Origin: Nitriliruptoraceae bacterium
Lineage (GTDB): Bacteria; Actinomycetota; Nitriliruptoria; Nitriliruptorales; Nitriliruptoraceae
DNA: 25,985 nt
Direction of reading: 5' to 3'
Assembly: GCA_046545715.1 (NCBI GenBank)
Contig: JBKGZF010000001.1
Coordinates: 1-25,985, forward strand
The notes below the pieces were generated by a model that saw only the letters and a program-made list of their open reading frames with translations, made no database searches and was not told the origin of the DNA. Both the position numbers and the translations under genes were made by a program. Shown here in pieces: positions 9,242 through 17,328 of the stretch; within the stretch, counting starts at the first letter, position 1, and each line of letters starts with the position of its first letter.

Positions 9242-12019
9242 ATGGCCCGAACCCCCGCCCCGACAGACACCGCCTCACCACCGCCTGCCGAGGATGGCTC
9301 CGCACAGGTCTCCTGGCACGCGCTGTCACCGGACGAGGTGGCCGCACAGCTTGACGCCGATCTCGGTGGACTCACCCGACAGCAGGCCGCCAGCCGCCTC
9401 GAGCGCTTCGGACCCAACCGCTTGGAGCCACCCAAGCCCACACCGAGGTGGCGGATCCTGCTGCGGCAGTTCCAGAGCCCGCTGATCTACATCCTGCTGA
9501 TCGCCACCGTGATCGCGGCAGCGCTAGGAGAGTTCCAGGACGCGGCCTTCATCGTGGCCGTGCTGCTGCTCAACGCGATCATCGGCTACTTCAACGAGAG
9601 CCGCGCAGAGCAGGCGGTGATGGCGCTGGCCAGCGCCGTGCGCGCCCGCGCACGCGTCCGTCGCAATGGACACGCCATGGACGTCGATGGCGAGGAGGTC
9701 GTCCCCGGCGACGTCCTGCTGCTCGAGTCCGGGATGCGGGTCAGCGCTGATGTGCGGCTGCTGACCACACGTGGCCTGCAGATCGACGAGTCCCTGCTGA
9801 CCGGGGAGTCGCTACCGGTCGACAAGGAGGCCGCCGAGCCCCTCGCCCAGGAGACAGCGCTCGCCGATCGGCGCAACCTCGCCTTCGCCGGCACGGTGGT
9901 GACCTCCGGACGCGCGTCCGGTCTGGTGGTGGCCACCGCCGATTCGACGGCCGTCGGCCACATCGCTGCACGGCTGGCGGCCACACCACCCCAGCCGCCG
10001 CCGCTGGTGGTCAGCCTCGAGCGCTTCGCCCGCGTCATCGGCTGGGTCGCACTGGGCTTGATCGGGGTCATCCTCGTCGTCGGCCTGCTGCGCGGCGAGG
10101 AGTTCGGTGAGCTGCTCCTCGGTGCCGTAGCCCTCGCGGTCTCGGCGGTGCCCGAGGGCCTACCGATCGCCCTGACGGTCGCCCTCGCCGTCGCGGTGTC
10201 CCGCATGGCCAAGCGCCGGGTGGTGATCCGCCACCTGCCCGCGGTGGAGGGGCTTGGCAGCTGCGGAGTGATCTGCACGGACAAGACCGGCACGCTCACC
10301 CGCAACGAGCTGACGGCCGAGCAGGTCGTCGCCGGTGGCGAGCGCTACACGGCAACGGGGACCGGCTACGTGCCCGAGGGTGAGCTGCGCCATGACGGCC
10401 GACCCGTCGTAGCCGCGGAGCACGAAGGGCTGTGGCGGCTGTTGCGTGCCGCCAGCCTGGCCAACGAGAGCTCACTGGCCGCGGACGAGGAGGCACCCGA
10501 GGGCTGGACGTGGTCGGGCGATCCCACCGACGTCGCGCTGCTCGCGCTCGCGCTCAAGGGCGACCTCGACCCGGAGCGGTTCCAGGCCGAGCACCCGCAA
10601 CGCACGGCCGTCCCCTTCGAGCCCGTGCGTCGCTACGGGGCCAGCTACCACCTGGCCGACGGCAGCGGCGGACTGGTCTGCGTCAAAGGAGCGCCAGAGC
10701 GCGTCCTGGCGATGTGCGATCGCGAGTTCGACGCTGCCACGCAGACCACCCGTCCCCTCGACCGCGACGCCTGGAACACGGCGATCGAGGAGCTGATGGG
10801 CGCGGGGCAGCGGGTCATCGGCATCGCCGACGACCACACCCCCGAGCCCGTCGAGGAGGGCTCCACGCCGCCCGAGCCGACCGAACTGGTCTTCCTGGGA
10901 CTGGTGGGCATGGCCGACCCGCCACGTGACGGGGTGGCCGAGGCCGTGGAGAGCTGCCGCATGGCAGGCATCCGGGTGGTGATGGTCACCGGGGACCATG
11001 CCACGACCGCACGGGTCATCGCCCAGCGGGTACGGCTCGCCGACGTCGACGCGCCGGTGCTCGAAGGGGAGGCCCTCCAGGCACTCGACGAGGACGCACT
11101 ACGTGCCGCGGTCGAGCGCCACGACATCGTCGCCCGGGTGGCCCCGGAGGACAAGCTGCGCGTGGTCGAGGCCTGCCAACTCAACGGCGACTACGTGGCG
11201 GTGACCGGCGACGGGGTCAACGACGCACCCGCCCTGCGCCAGGCGAACCTCGGCATCGCCATGGGGCGCTCCGGCAGCGACGTCGCCCGAGAGGCTTCCG
11301 AGCTGGTCATCACCGACGACAACTTCGCCAGCATCGTCGCCGGTGTCGAGGAGGGCCGCACCGCCTACGACAACGTCCGCAAGGTGATCTACCTGCTCAT
11401 CTCGACCGGCGCCGCCGAGGTCACCTTGATGCTCTCGGCACTGCTACTCGGCTTGGGCGTCCCGCTCACGGCTGTCCAGCTGCTGTGGCTCAACCTGGTG
11501 ACCAACGGCATCCAGGACGTCGCGCTCGGCTTCGAGCCCGGCGAGCGAGGGGTGCTGCGTCGCCCTCCGCGTCCACCGCAGGAGCCCATCTTCGATCGCG
11601 TCATGATCGAGCGGACGCTGGTCGCCGCGGTGGTGATGGGCGGGATCAGCCTGTGGCTGTGGGCATCGAACCAGGATCTGCCGGTGGCCGACGCCCGCAA
11701 CCTGGTGATGCAGCTGTTCGTGCTGTTCGAGATCCTGCACATCGGCAACGCCCGCTCCGAGCGCATCTCGCTGTTCCGCCTCAGCCCGCTGCGCAACCCC
11801 GTGCTGCTCGGCGGCACCAGCCTGGCCCTCGCCGTGCACCTGCTGGCGACCTACACGCCGCTGCTGCAGAACGTCCTCGGGGTGGAGCCGATCTCGCTCA
11901 TGCAGTGGGCGGAGCTGTTGCTGCTGGCCTCGAGCATCGTGGTGGTCATGGAGCTCCACAAGTGGCTGCGGGGATCCGCAGGTGCGAGACGCACTGCTCC
12001 GGCTGCGCCCACGGGATGA
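9242..12019 (+). CDS. Cation-transporting P-type ATPase, P2A-like (PacL/CtpF class), ~925 aa
   Basis: TGES, PEGL, DKTGTLT, KGAPE, TGD, GDGVNDAPAL and a ten-TM pattern. SD AGGGA precedes ATG 9242. Confidence 0.95.
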   Translation: MARTPAPTDTASPPPAEDGSAQVSWHALSPDEVAAQLDADLGGLTRQQAASRLERFGPNRLEPPKPTPRWRILLRQFQSPLIYILLIATVIAAALGEFQDAAFIVAVLLLNAIIGYFNESRAEQAVMALASAVRARARVRRNGHAMDVDGEEVVPGDVLLLESGMRVSADVRLLTTRGLQIDESLLTGESLPVDKEAAEPLAQETALADRRNLAFAGTVVTSGRASGLVVATADSTAVGHIAARLAATPPQPPPLVVSLERFARVIGWVALGLIGVILVVGLLRGEEFGELLLGAVALAVSAVPEGLPIALTVALAVAVSRMAKRRVVIRHLPAVEGLGSCGVICTDKTGTLTRNELTAEQVVAGGERYTATGTGYVPEGELRHDGRPVVAAEHEGLWRLLRAASLANESSLAADEEAPEGWTWSGDPTDVALLALALKGDLDPERFQAEHPQRTAVPFEPVRRYGASYHLADGSGGLVCVKGAPERVLAMCDREFDAATQTTRPLDRDAWNTAIEELMGAGQRVIGIADDHTPEPVEEGSTPPEPTELVFLGLVGMADPPRDGVAEAVESCRMAGIRVVMVTGDHATTARVIAQRVRLADVDAPVLEGEALQALDEDALRAAVERHDIVARVAPEDKLRVVEACQLNGDYVAVTGDGVNDAPALRQANLGIAMGRSGSDVAREASELVITDDNFASIVAGVEEGRTAYDNVRKVIYLLISTGAAEVTLMLSALLLGLGVPLTAVQLLWLNLVTNGIQDVALGFEPGERGVLRRPPRPPQEPIFDRVMIERTLVAAVVMGGISLWLWASNQDLPVADARNLVMQLFVLFEILHIGNARSERISLFRLSPLRNPVLLGGTSLALAVHLLATYTPLLQNVLGVEPISLMQWAELLLLASSIVVVMELHKWLRGSAGARRTAPAAPTG

Positions 12020-12671
12020 GATCCTCGGCCTCGACATCCGCACCGAGCTCCCCGAGTGCGCCGCGCATGAGCCCGAGGTGGACCGAGCAGACGACCTGCT
12101 GGTGCTCCTGAGCGACCTCGAGGAAGGGGCAGCGCCGCAGCAGCAGCCGCGGTCGGGCGGGATCGTCCTCGTCGAGCCGCGGCTCGAAGCCGAGCTCATC
12201 GAGCAGCGCCACCAGCCGCTCGATCGCAGCGGCGGGCTCCAGCTTGGTGAACGGCGCCGGGGATCCGACCACGTAGCTGCCCCAGCCGGCCCCGGCCGCC
12301 TCGGCCGCGTTTGCGCCGTCCTCCACGGTCGCGTCGAGGTAGCTCGCCAGGATCCCAGCGAGGAAGCGGTAGCCGTGCTCCTCGTCGCCCGCTGACGCGA
12401 CCCTGTCCGGCTCGACGGCGCGGTAGAGCAGCCTCGGGCGGCCCGGCCGCTCGCGCTGCTCGACCACCGGCTCCACGAGCCCGGCCTCCTCCAGGACCCC
12501 GAGATGCGTGCGCACGGTGTTGACGTGCAGCCCGACCCGCTCGGCGAGCGTGGACGCATCGAGGTCGGGCTCAGCGCCCAGCACCTCGAGCAGGCGCGTG
12601 CGGACCTCGTTGGACAGGGCACGGTGAACGCGGGTCTCGGGCGGACCCAAGCGGTCCGGTGTCCTGGTCAT
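11946..12671 (-). CDS. ArsR-type HTH regulator with a C-terminal three-Cys sensor domain (ArnR/SufR-like), 241 aa
   Basis: N-terminal HTH (ALSNEVRTRLL...LAERVGLHVNTVRTHLGVLEEAGLV, GRPRLLY) and C-terminal CPF-x11-C-x2-H...C. Its start overlaps the upstream stop (ATGA). Confidence 0.8.
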   Translation of the reverse strand: MTRTPDRLGPPETRVHRALSNEVRTRLLEVLGAEPDLDASTLAERVGLHVNTVRTHLGVLEEAGLVEPVVEQRERPGRPRLLYRAVEPDRVASAGDEEHGYRFLAGILASYLDATVEDGANAAEAAGAGWGSYVVGSPAPFTKLEPAAAIERLVALLDELGFEPRLDEDDPARPRLLLRRCPFLEVAQEHQQVVCSVHLGLMRGALGELGADVEAEDLIPWAQPEQCVSHLRIPAATCGAP

Positions 12672-13687
12672 GGTCCGATCCCTCCCTGCACGGCCAGCCG
12701 CCGTCGGCCGGGATCCCGCGTGTCGTCGGTGTCCGCGCTGGCAGCCCCCGCGGTCGGGACCACGCCCGCAAGCTCCTCGGTGATCGCCGCAGCCACCTCA
12801 GCACCCACGGTACGCAGGAGTCGGTCGCGCTCGTGCTTGTCGAGCCGGTTCAGACTGAGGTCGTAGCCCGGTGGCCGCGCGGCGAGCACCGCCAGCCGCG
12901 CTCCACCGTCCTGGGCCTCGACGTCCAGCACGAGCTCCAGGTCGGGCCAGCCGGTCGCCTCCTCGTCACTGCACCAGCGCAGGCGCATGACGCCGACCTC
13001 GCCGGGATCGGCGGTACGCACCACCACCTGCGGGTCGGCGACCGCACGGAACCGCCCTGCGGCCAGGACCTCGCGCGACCGGTCGAGCGCGAGGCGGGTC
13101 GCGCGTCGTGCCAGGCCGTGGCCGTCACGGGCGAGCGTCACGGCGATGCCCTCGGGGTCACCGGCGGTGGCACGCAGGTGGTGGACGAACATCGGGGTGC
13201 GCTCGAAGGTCCCCGCCGCTGGCCCGCTCGGTGTGGCCGCTGCTCCATCGAGGTGGCGGCCGAGGTCATGGAGGAAGCGCTGCACGGCCACGTCCACCAC
13301 GCGACGACGGTGGTGTGGCTCCAGCCGCGAAGTGTCGAGCTCACCACTCGGCGACCGCGGGGAGACCAGCACGAGTCGACTGCCACCCGTCGGCCGCGCC
13401 ACGACAAGCACGCGCGCGAGCAGCGACGGCCAGCCACCAGCCGCCTCGTCACCGTGCCACCTCAGCTCGACGGCGCCGAGCTCGTCGGGCTCGGTCGCAC
13501 GGGCCGTGACACCCGGCAGCGCCGAGGCGGTCAGCCCCCAGTCCGTCAGATGTGGGGCCAGCGTGGTCAGCGCATCCGCGGTGGCCTTGGCGACCAGCGC
13601 ATCGGGCTGTGCTGTGAGCCGCGCGTGCGCCGTGGCGGCGTGCACCACCAGAGCGACCGAGGCGTACTGGTGGAACGGGATCGCCAT
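12668..13687 (-). CDS. Hypothetical protein made of two tandem ~140-aa homologous domains, ~339 aa
   Basis: Repeats ELGAVELRWHGDEAAGGWPSL..RLVLVSPRSP..RLEPHHRRR and EVGVMRLRWCSDEEATGWPDL..RLAVLAARPP..RLDKHERDR. SD GGAG precedes ATG 13687, 11 nt after the cupin stop. Confidence 0.75.
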   Translation of the reverse strand: MAIPFHQYASVALVVHAATAHARLTAQPDALVAKATADALTTLAPHLTDWGLTASALPGVTARATEPDELGAVELRWHGDEAAGGWPSLLARVLVVARPTGGSRLVLVSPRSPSGELDTSRLEPHHRRRVVDVAVQRFLHDLGRHLDGAAATPSGPAAGTFERTPMFVHHLRATAGDPEGIAVTLARDGHGLARRATRLALDRSREVLAAGRFRAVADPQVVVRTADPGEVGVMRLRWCSDEEATGWPDLELVLDVEAQDGGARLAVLAARPPGYDLSLNRLDKHERDRLLRTVGAEVAAAITEELAGVVPTAGAASADTDDTRDPGRRRLAVQGGIGP

Positions 13688-13698
13688 GGCGGCTCCGC

Positions 13699-14097
13699 TC
13701 AGGCGGCCGCCGCCGGTTGCGGGTCGGGGACGACCGTGATGAGCACGACCGCATCCGACACCGCCTCCAACGAGTGGGGACCGGTGGGACAGGGGATCCA
13801 CACGCCCTTGGTGAGCGTGACGCGCTGCTCGTCGTCGCTGAGCACCGCCGTACCGCTGACCCCGAGCAGGGTGGTCGGGCCGGGGGCCACGTGGTCCTGG
13901 AGCCGCTCTCCCGCCTTGAGCGCGAGCAGCGTCTGCTTGAGCGCCACCCCGGCGCCGGGGGTCAGCGTGCGTGCCGAGCGACGGGAGGCGAGCGCCTCTG
14001 CCTCCCTGAGCAGCTCGTCGGCCACGGCCTCGAGGTCCAACGGTCGGCTGGGCTCAGCCGGTGTGCGCCGCGGAGCATGTACCTGGGTGGGCGTCAT
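13699..14097 (-). CDS. Small cupin-domain protein, 132 aa
   Basis: LKQTLLALKAGERLQDHVAPGPTTLLGVSG...PHSLEAVSDAVVLITV cupin pattern. SD AGGAAGG and a promoter lie directly upstream. Confidence 0.8.
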   Translation of the reverse strand: MTPTQVHAPRRTPAEPSRPLDLEAVADELLREAEALASRRSARTLTPGAGVALKQTLLALKAGERLQDHVAPGPTTLLGVSGTAVLSDDEQRVTLTKGVWIPCPTGPHSLEAVSDAVVLITVVPDPQPAAAA

Positions 14098-14124
14098 CGT
14101 CGCGCCTTCCTGTGTTGTATCTAA

Positions 14125-14152
14125 ACCCTAAACTATTCATGGAAAAAGTCAA
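14125..14152 (-). promoter_or_regulatory. Sigma70/HrdB-type promoter of the cupin operon
   Basis: TTGACT (14152-14147), 16 nt, TAGGGT (14130-14125) in the most AT-rich stretch of the window. Confidence 0.55.
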
Positions 14153-14194
14153 CAGCGCCGTGGCGGGCATGGCTAGCTCAGAAGGTCGAGGGGC

Positions 14195-14749
14195 CTAACG
14201 CGATGCGAGGATGCTGCCGACCAGCCATCCGCCCGCGAAGGTCACCAGCAACAGCAAGGTCCCGACGACCCAGCCCGGCTTGTAGACCATCAGCGCGACC
14301 TCGCCGATACCGACGCCGACCAAGGAGTGCACCGGCCCCCACAGCGCGGGCGCACGAGCCTCGCCGCGCAACGCATCCGGCGCCGCCGCGTCACCGACGT
14401 CCTCGGCCGTGGCAGCCAGCCGCCGCAGACGTGCACCGCCCATCATCGGGCCGATCGGGGCCAGCACCAGCAGCCCCAGCGTGCCGAGGGTGATGAACGG
14501 ATTGGCGAAGCCGCCGGCCTCACCACCCCACACCGCGCCAGCGAGGTGGCCTCCCGTCAGCAGCGAGAGCACGGCGGCGACCACGATCAACGCACCAGCG
14601 CCGCGGGTGAACCGGGCCCAGGAGGCGATGTCACGGCCGGTTCCGGCGGCGCGCACGCGCGCCCCTGCGTGGACCTGCACGATCCCGCCCCCGACCAGGC
14701 CGATGGCCGCGAGCACATGGAGGAACAGCGAGGTGGTATCGATCAACAT
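14195..14749 (-). CDS. Membrane protein, DUF2269-like four-TM, ~184 aa
   Basis: LFLHVLAAIGLVGG start, four hydrophobic segments and C-terminal LMVYKP. The longer ORF to 15211 overlaps the opposite-strand gene and was trimmed. Confidence 0.7.
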   Translation of the reverse strand: MLIDTTSLFLHVLAAIGLVGGGIVQVHAGARVRAAGTGRDIASWARFTRGAGALIVVAAVLSLLTGGHLAGAVWGGEAGGFANPFITLGTLGLLVLAPIGPMMGGARLRRLAATAEDVGDAAAPDALRGEARAPALWGPVHSLVGVGIGEVALMVYKPGWVVGTLLLLVTFAGGWLVGSILASR

Positions 14750-14860
14750 CAGGACCTGTCGACGGGGCGGGGTAGCCTGCCACCTCGACGAGCGCGAAGC
14801 ATCCTCGAGCCGTCGACCGACTCCCTCCACCGCTCCTGTTCGCCGGATGCTGAGGTGATC

Positions 14861-16141
14861 GTGGCCACGCGCAACCTGTTCGTGATCGGGCTCGACGCCT
14901 TCAACCGGGACACGCTGCAGGCGTGGCTGGACGAGCACGCCATCACCGTGCACGCGCTGCTCGAGACCGAGGACGTCCGACGCGCGGACTCCTACCGGTT
15001 CGCTGAGCTGCTCGACCGCGCCAGGCAGCAGCTGCATGGCTTCCGGGGCACGATCGACGGGATCACGACCTGGTGGGACTTCCCCTCCACCTCGCTGTGG
15101 CCGATCCTGGCAGCCGAGCACGGCTGCGCCGCGCCGAGCCTGGCGGCGGTGCTGCGCTGCGAGCACAAGTACTGGAGCCGCCTCGTGCAGGCGCGGCTGG
15201 CCGGCGATCACGTTCCGCGCTTCCAGCCCGTCGACCCGTTCGACGACGAGACCGTCGCGGCGATCGACGTCGGTATCCCCTACTGGCTCAAGCCGGTGAA
15301 GTCAGTCGCCTCCAACCTCGCCTTCCTTATCAGCAACCAGGGCGACCTCGAGCACGCCCTGCCGCTGATCCGCGCGGAGATCGGGCGCTTCGGCGAGCCC
15401 TTCGACGAGGTGCTCGAGCTCGTCGAGCTGCCCGACGAGGTCGCCGCGGTCACCGGCACGTGGTGCCTCGCCGAGGAGCTGCTCAGCGGTGAGATGGTCA
15501 CCGTGGAGGGCTACGTCCACGCGGGCGAGGCGACCACCTACGGGGTGGTCCACTCCGTGCGCGAGCCCGGCATGAGCTCCTTCGCGCGCTACCAGTACCC
15601 CTCACGCCTCGACGAGGACCTGCAGCGACGCATGACCGAGCTCGCCGAGCGGTTGATGACCCACCTCGGCTACGACCACGGCGCGTTCAACGTGGAGATG
15701 TTCCACGACCCAGAGACCGACCGGATCCACCTGCTGGAGATCAACCCGCGCGCCTCGCAGTCCCACGCGGACCTGTTCGAGAAGGTCGACGGCACGCCCA
15801 GCACCGCGGCGACGGTGGAGTTGGCGCTCGGCGAACGGCCGACCCGCGGACACCGGCAGGGCCCGTTCGGCTGCGCGGCGAAGTTCTTCGTGCGCCTTCA
15901 CGACGACGCTCGCGTGGTGGCCGTACCGACGTCGCAGCAGGTGGCGGCCATCGAGGACCAGATCCCCGGTGCCCGGATCGAGATCACCGTCGAGCCCGGC
16001 ATGCGGCTCTCCGAGCTGCACGACCAGGACAGCTACAGCTACGAGCTGGCCGTGGTCTACCTCGGCGCGGATGACGAGGAGCAGCTACTCAAGCGTTACG
16101 CCTCCATCGAGCAGCGGCTGCGCTTCGAGCTCGACCGCTGA
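14861..16141 (+). CDS. ATP-grasp domain protein, ~426 aa
   Basis: CEHKYWSR, WLKPVKSVAS, LAEELLSG, FNVEMF and LLEINPR. SD GAGGTG precedes GTG 14861. Confidence 0.85.
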   Translation: MATRNLFVIGLDAFNRDTLQAWLDEHAITVHALLETEDVRRADSYRFAELLDRARQQLHGFRGTIDGITTWWDFPSTSLWPILAAEHGCAAPSLAAVLRCEHKYWSRLVQARLAGDHVPRFQPVDPFDDETVAAIDVGIPYWLKPVKSVASNLAFLISNQGDLEHALPLIRAEIGRFGEPFDEVLELVELPDEVAAVTGTWCLAEELLSGEMVTVEGYVHAGEATTYGVVHSVREPGMSSFARYQYPSRLDEDLQRRMTELAERLMTHLGYDHGAFNVEMFHDPETDRIHLLEINPRASQSHADLFEKVDGTPSTAATVELALGERPTRGHRQGPFGCAAKFFVRLHDDARVVAVPTSQQVAAIEDQIPGARIEITVEPGMRLSELHDQDSYSYELAVVYLGADDEEQLLKRYASIEQRLRFELDR

Positions 16142-16144
16142 GCT

Positions 16145-16177
16145 GCTGCGCCCTCGACGCTGCTCCGAGGTCGCAGC
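16145..16177 (+). terminator. GC hairpin right after the ATP-grasp stop
   Basis: GCTGCG-c-CCTCG, 9-nt loop, CGAGG-t-CGCAGC. No U-tract. Confidence 0.35.
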
Positions 16178-16380
16178 CCAACCCAGCGTGACGGGTCACC
16201 GATCCACCCATCCGGGCCGGGGAACTCCAGCAAGCGGGTCAGGGTGCGCATCCGTGCTCCCTTCGTTCGATGATGTGATGTAGTACGCACCGCAGCGACG
16301 CAACGGTTCAATAGCCCCGCGTTCTGGAGCCGACGGTCGACACGGACACGTTCGCGACGAGCCTGCGACTACGGACGGGG

Positions 16381-16851
16381 GTGCCACGCGTCCGTGCAGC
16401 GGCGATCGCCCCCGAGACGTGGCTGCCGTCGTGGCGCCACGTGCGGACCCTTGAGGTCATCGCGGCCGGGGAGCAGTCGGGGCTGGGTCGGCGCTACCGA
16501 ACGACCGTGCGAGCTGCAGCGCCGTACTCGCTGCAGTGGGAGATGGAGGTGGTGGGTGCTTCCCCACGGCTGCTCGCGTGGCGGGCGACCGGCGATCTCG
16601 TGGGGGCCGCCCGATGGGAACTCGATGAGCATGACGGGGTGACGCGGATCGATTCTATCTGGACCGTGCGCCCAACACCCCGCTGGATGGTCCTGCTCCT
16701 GCCGGTGGCCCGAGGCTGGTTCGTGCGCAACCACGACGTGCTGATACGGCGGGGGGCACGGCATCTGGCCGACCACCTCGGCGTCGAGCTGGTCGGTGAG
16801 GTGAGCCCACGCAGGGTAGGGCCCGTACCCGTTGATGAGCTGCTGCGGTGA
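16381..16851 (+). CDS. SRPBCC/START-fold protein (polyketide cyclase/dehydrase-like); start uncertain
   Basis: PETW.SW..V, YSLQWEMEV, GDLVGAARWEL, W.VRPTPRWM and F..NHDVL..RG..HLA..LG fit SRPBCC. The frame is open upstream to 16315. Confidence 0.65.
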   Translation: MPRVRAAAIAPETWLPSWRHVRTLEVIAAGEQSGLGRRYRTTVRAAAPYSLQWEMEVVGASPRLLAWRATGDLVGAARWELDEHDGVTRIDSIWTVRPTPRWMVLLLPVARGWFVRNHDVLIRRGARHLADHLGVELVGEVSPRRVGPVPVDELLR

Positions 16852-16944
16852 GGCCGCGGCGGTGAGGCCGACGAGATGGCATCGCCTCCCGCCCCGCGCG
16901 TCCGTGCGGCGCGGTCGAGCTGGGCTCAAGCTCATCCTCTACGA

Positions 16945-16990
16945 CGTGGGACCCTCGGCCCTGTCATGGGCCGCCACGAGCGCGGATGCT
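16945..16990 (+). promoter_or_regulatory. Second DosR/OsdR-like box plus -10 element, upstream of the zf-HC2 gene
   Basis: CGTGGGACCCTCGGCCCTGT (16945-16964) and GATGCT (16985-16990), with the same spacing as at 9145. Confidence 0.5.
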
Positions 16991-17041
16991 GTGCCCGGGC
17001 GATCCGATCGACCGCGCGGCCCAGCACGAGAGGGACCGGAG

Positions 17042-17275
17042 ATGAGCCTGCCGACCGACTGCTCGTACATCCAGCCACGTCTCGCGCCGTACCTCACTGG
17101 TGACCTGGACCTGATCGACCAACGCGCCGTGGAGATGCACGTCGGGATCTGCCCAAGCTGCTGCGACGAGCTGAAGCGAGCCCGCGACATCGATCACCTG
17201 CTGCGATCCAGCGCGAGGACCTCGACCCTCGGAGCCCGGCTCCTCGTCGCCCAGGCGCGTCCGTCGGTGAACTGA
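17042..17275 (+). CDS. Stand-alone zf-HC2 (zinc-binding anti-sigma-type) protein, 77 aa
   Basis: C..IQPRLAPYLTGDL....RAVEMHVGICPSC (HxxxCxxC). SD GAGGGA/GGAG precedes ATG 17042. Confidence 0.7.
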   Translation: MSLPTDCSYIQPRLAPYLTGDLDLIDQRAVEMHVGICPSCCDELKRARDIDHLLRSSARTSTLGARLLVAQARPSVN

Positions 17276-17328
17276 GCTCGTACCCCAGCATCCCGAGCCG
17301 TCACCAGGAGAGGGTCTGCCCAGCCCCG

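Noticed and set aside
9242-12019. Gene symbol ctpF or pacL
   Set aside because: Class-level similarity only. The M6 sequence differs from those enzymes as I recall them, and orthology cannot be shown here.
14327-15211. Mutual overlap of the 604-aa (+) and 338-aa (-) ORFs
   Set aside because: Both genes have better starts (14861 and 14749) that leave a normal divergent intergenic region.
16852-17041. Remnant ECF sigma gene upstream of the zf-HC2 ORF
   Set aside because: The translated frames show no region 2 or region 4 motifs. The stretch is better explained as promoter and leader.
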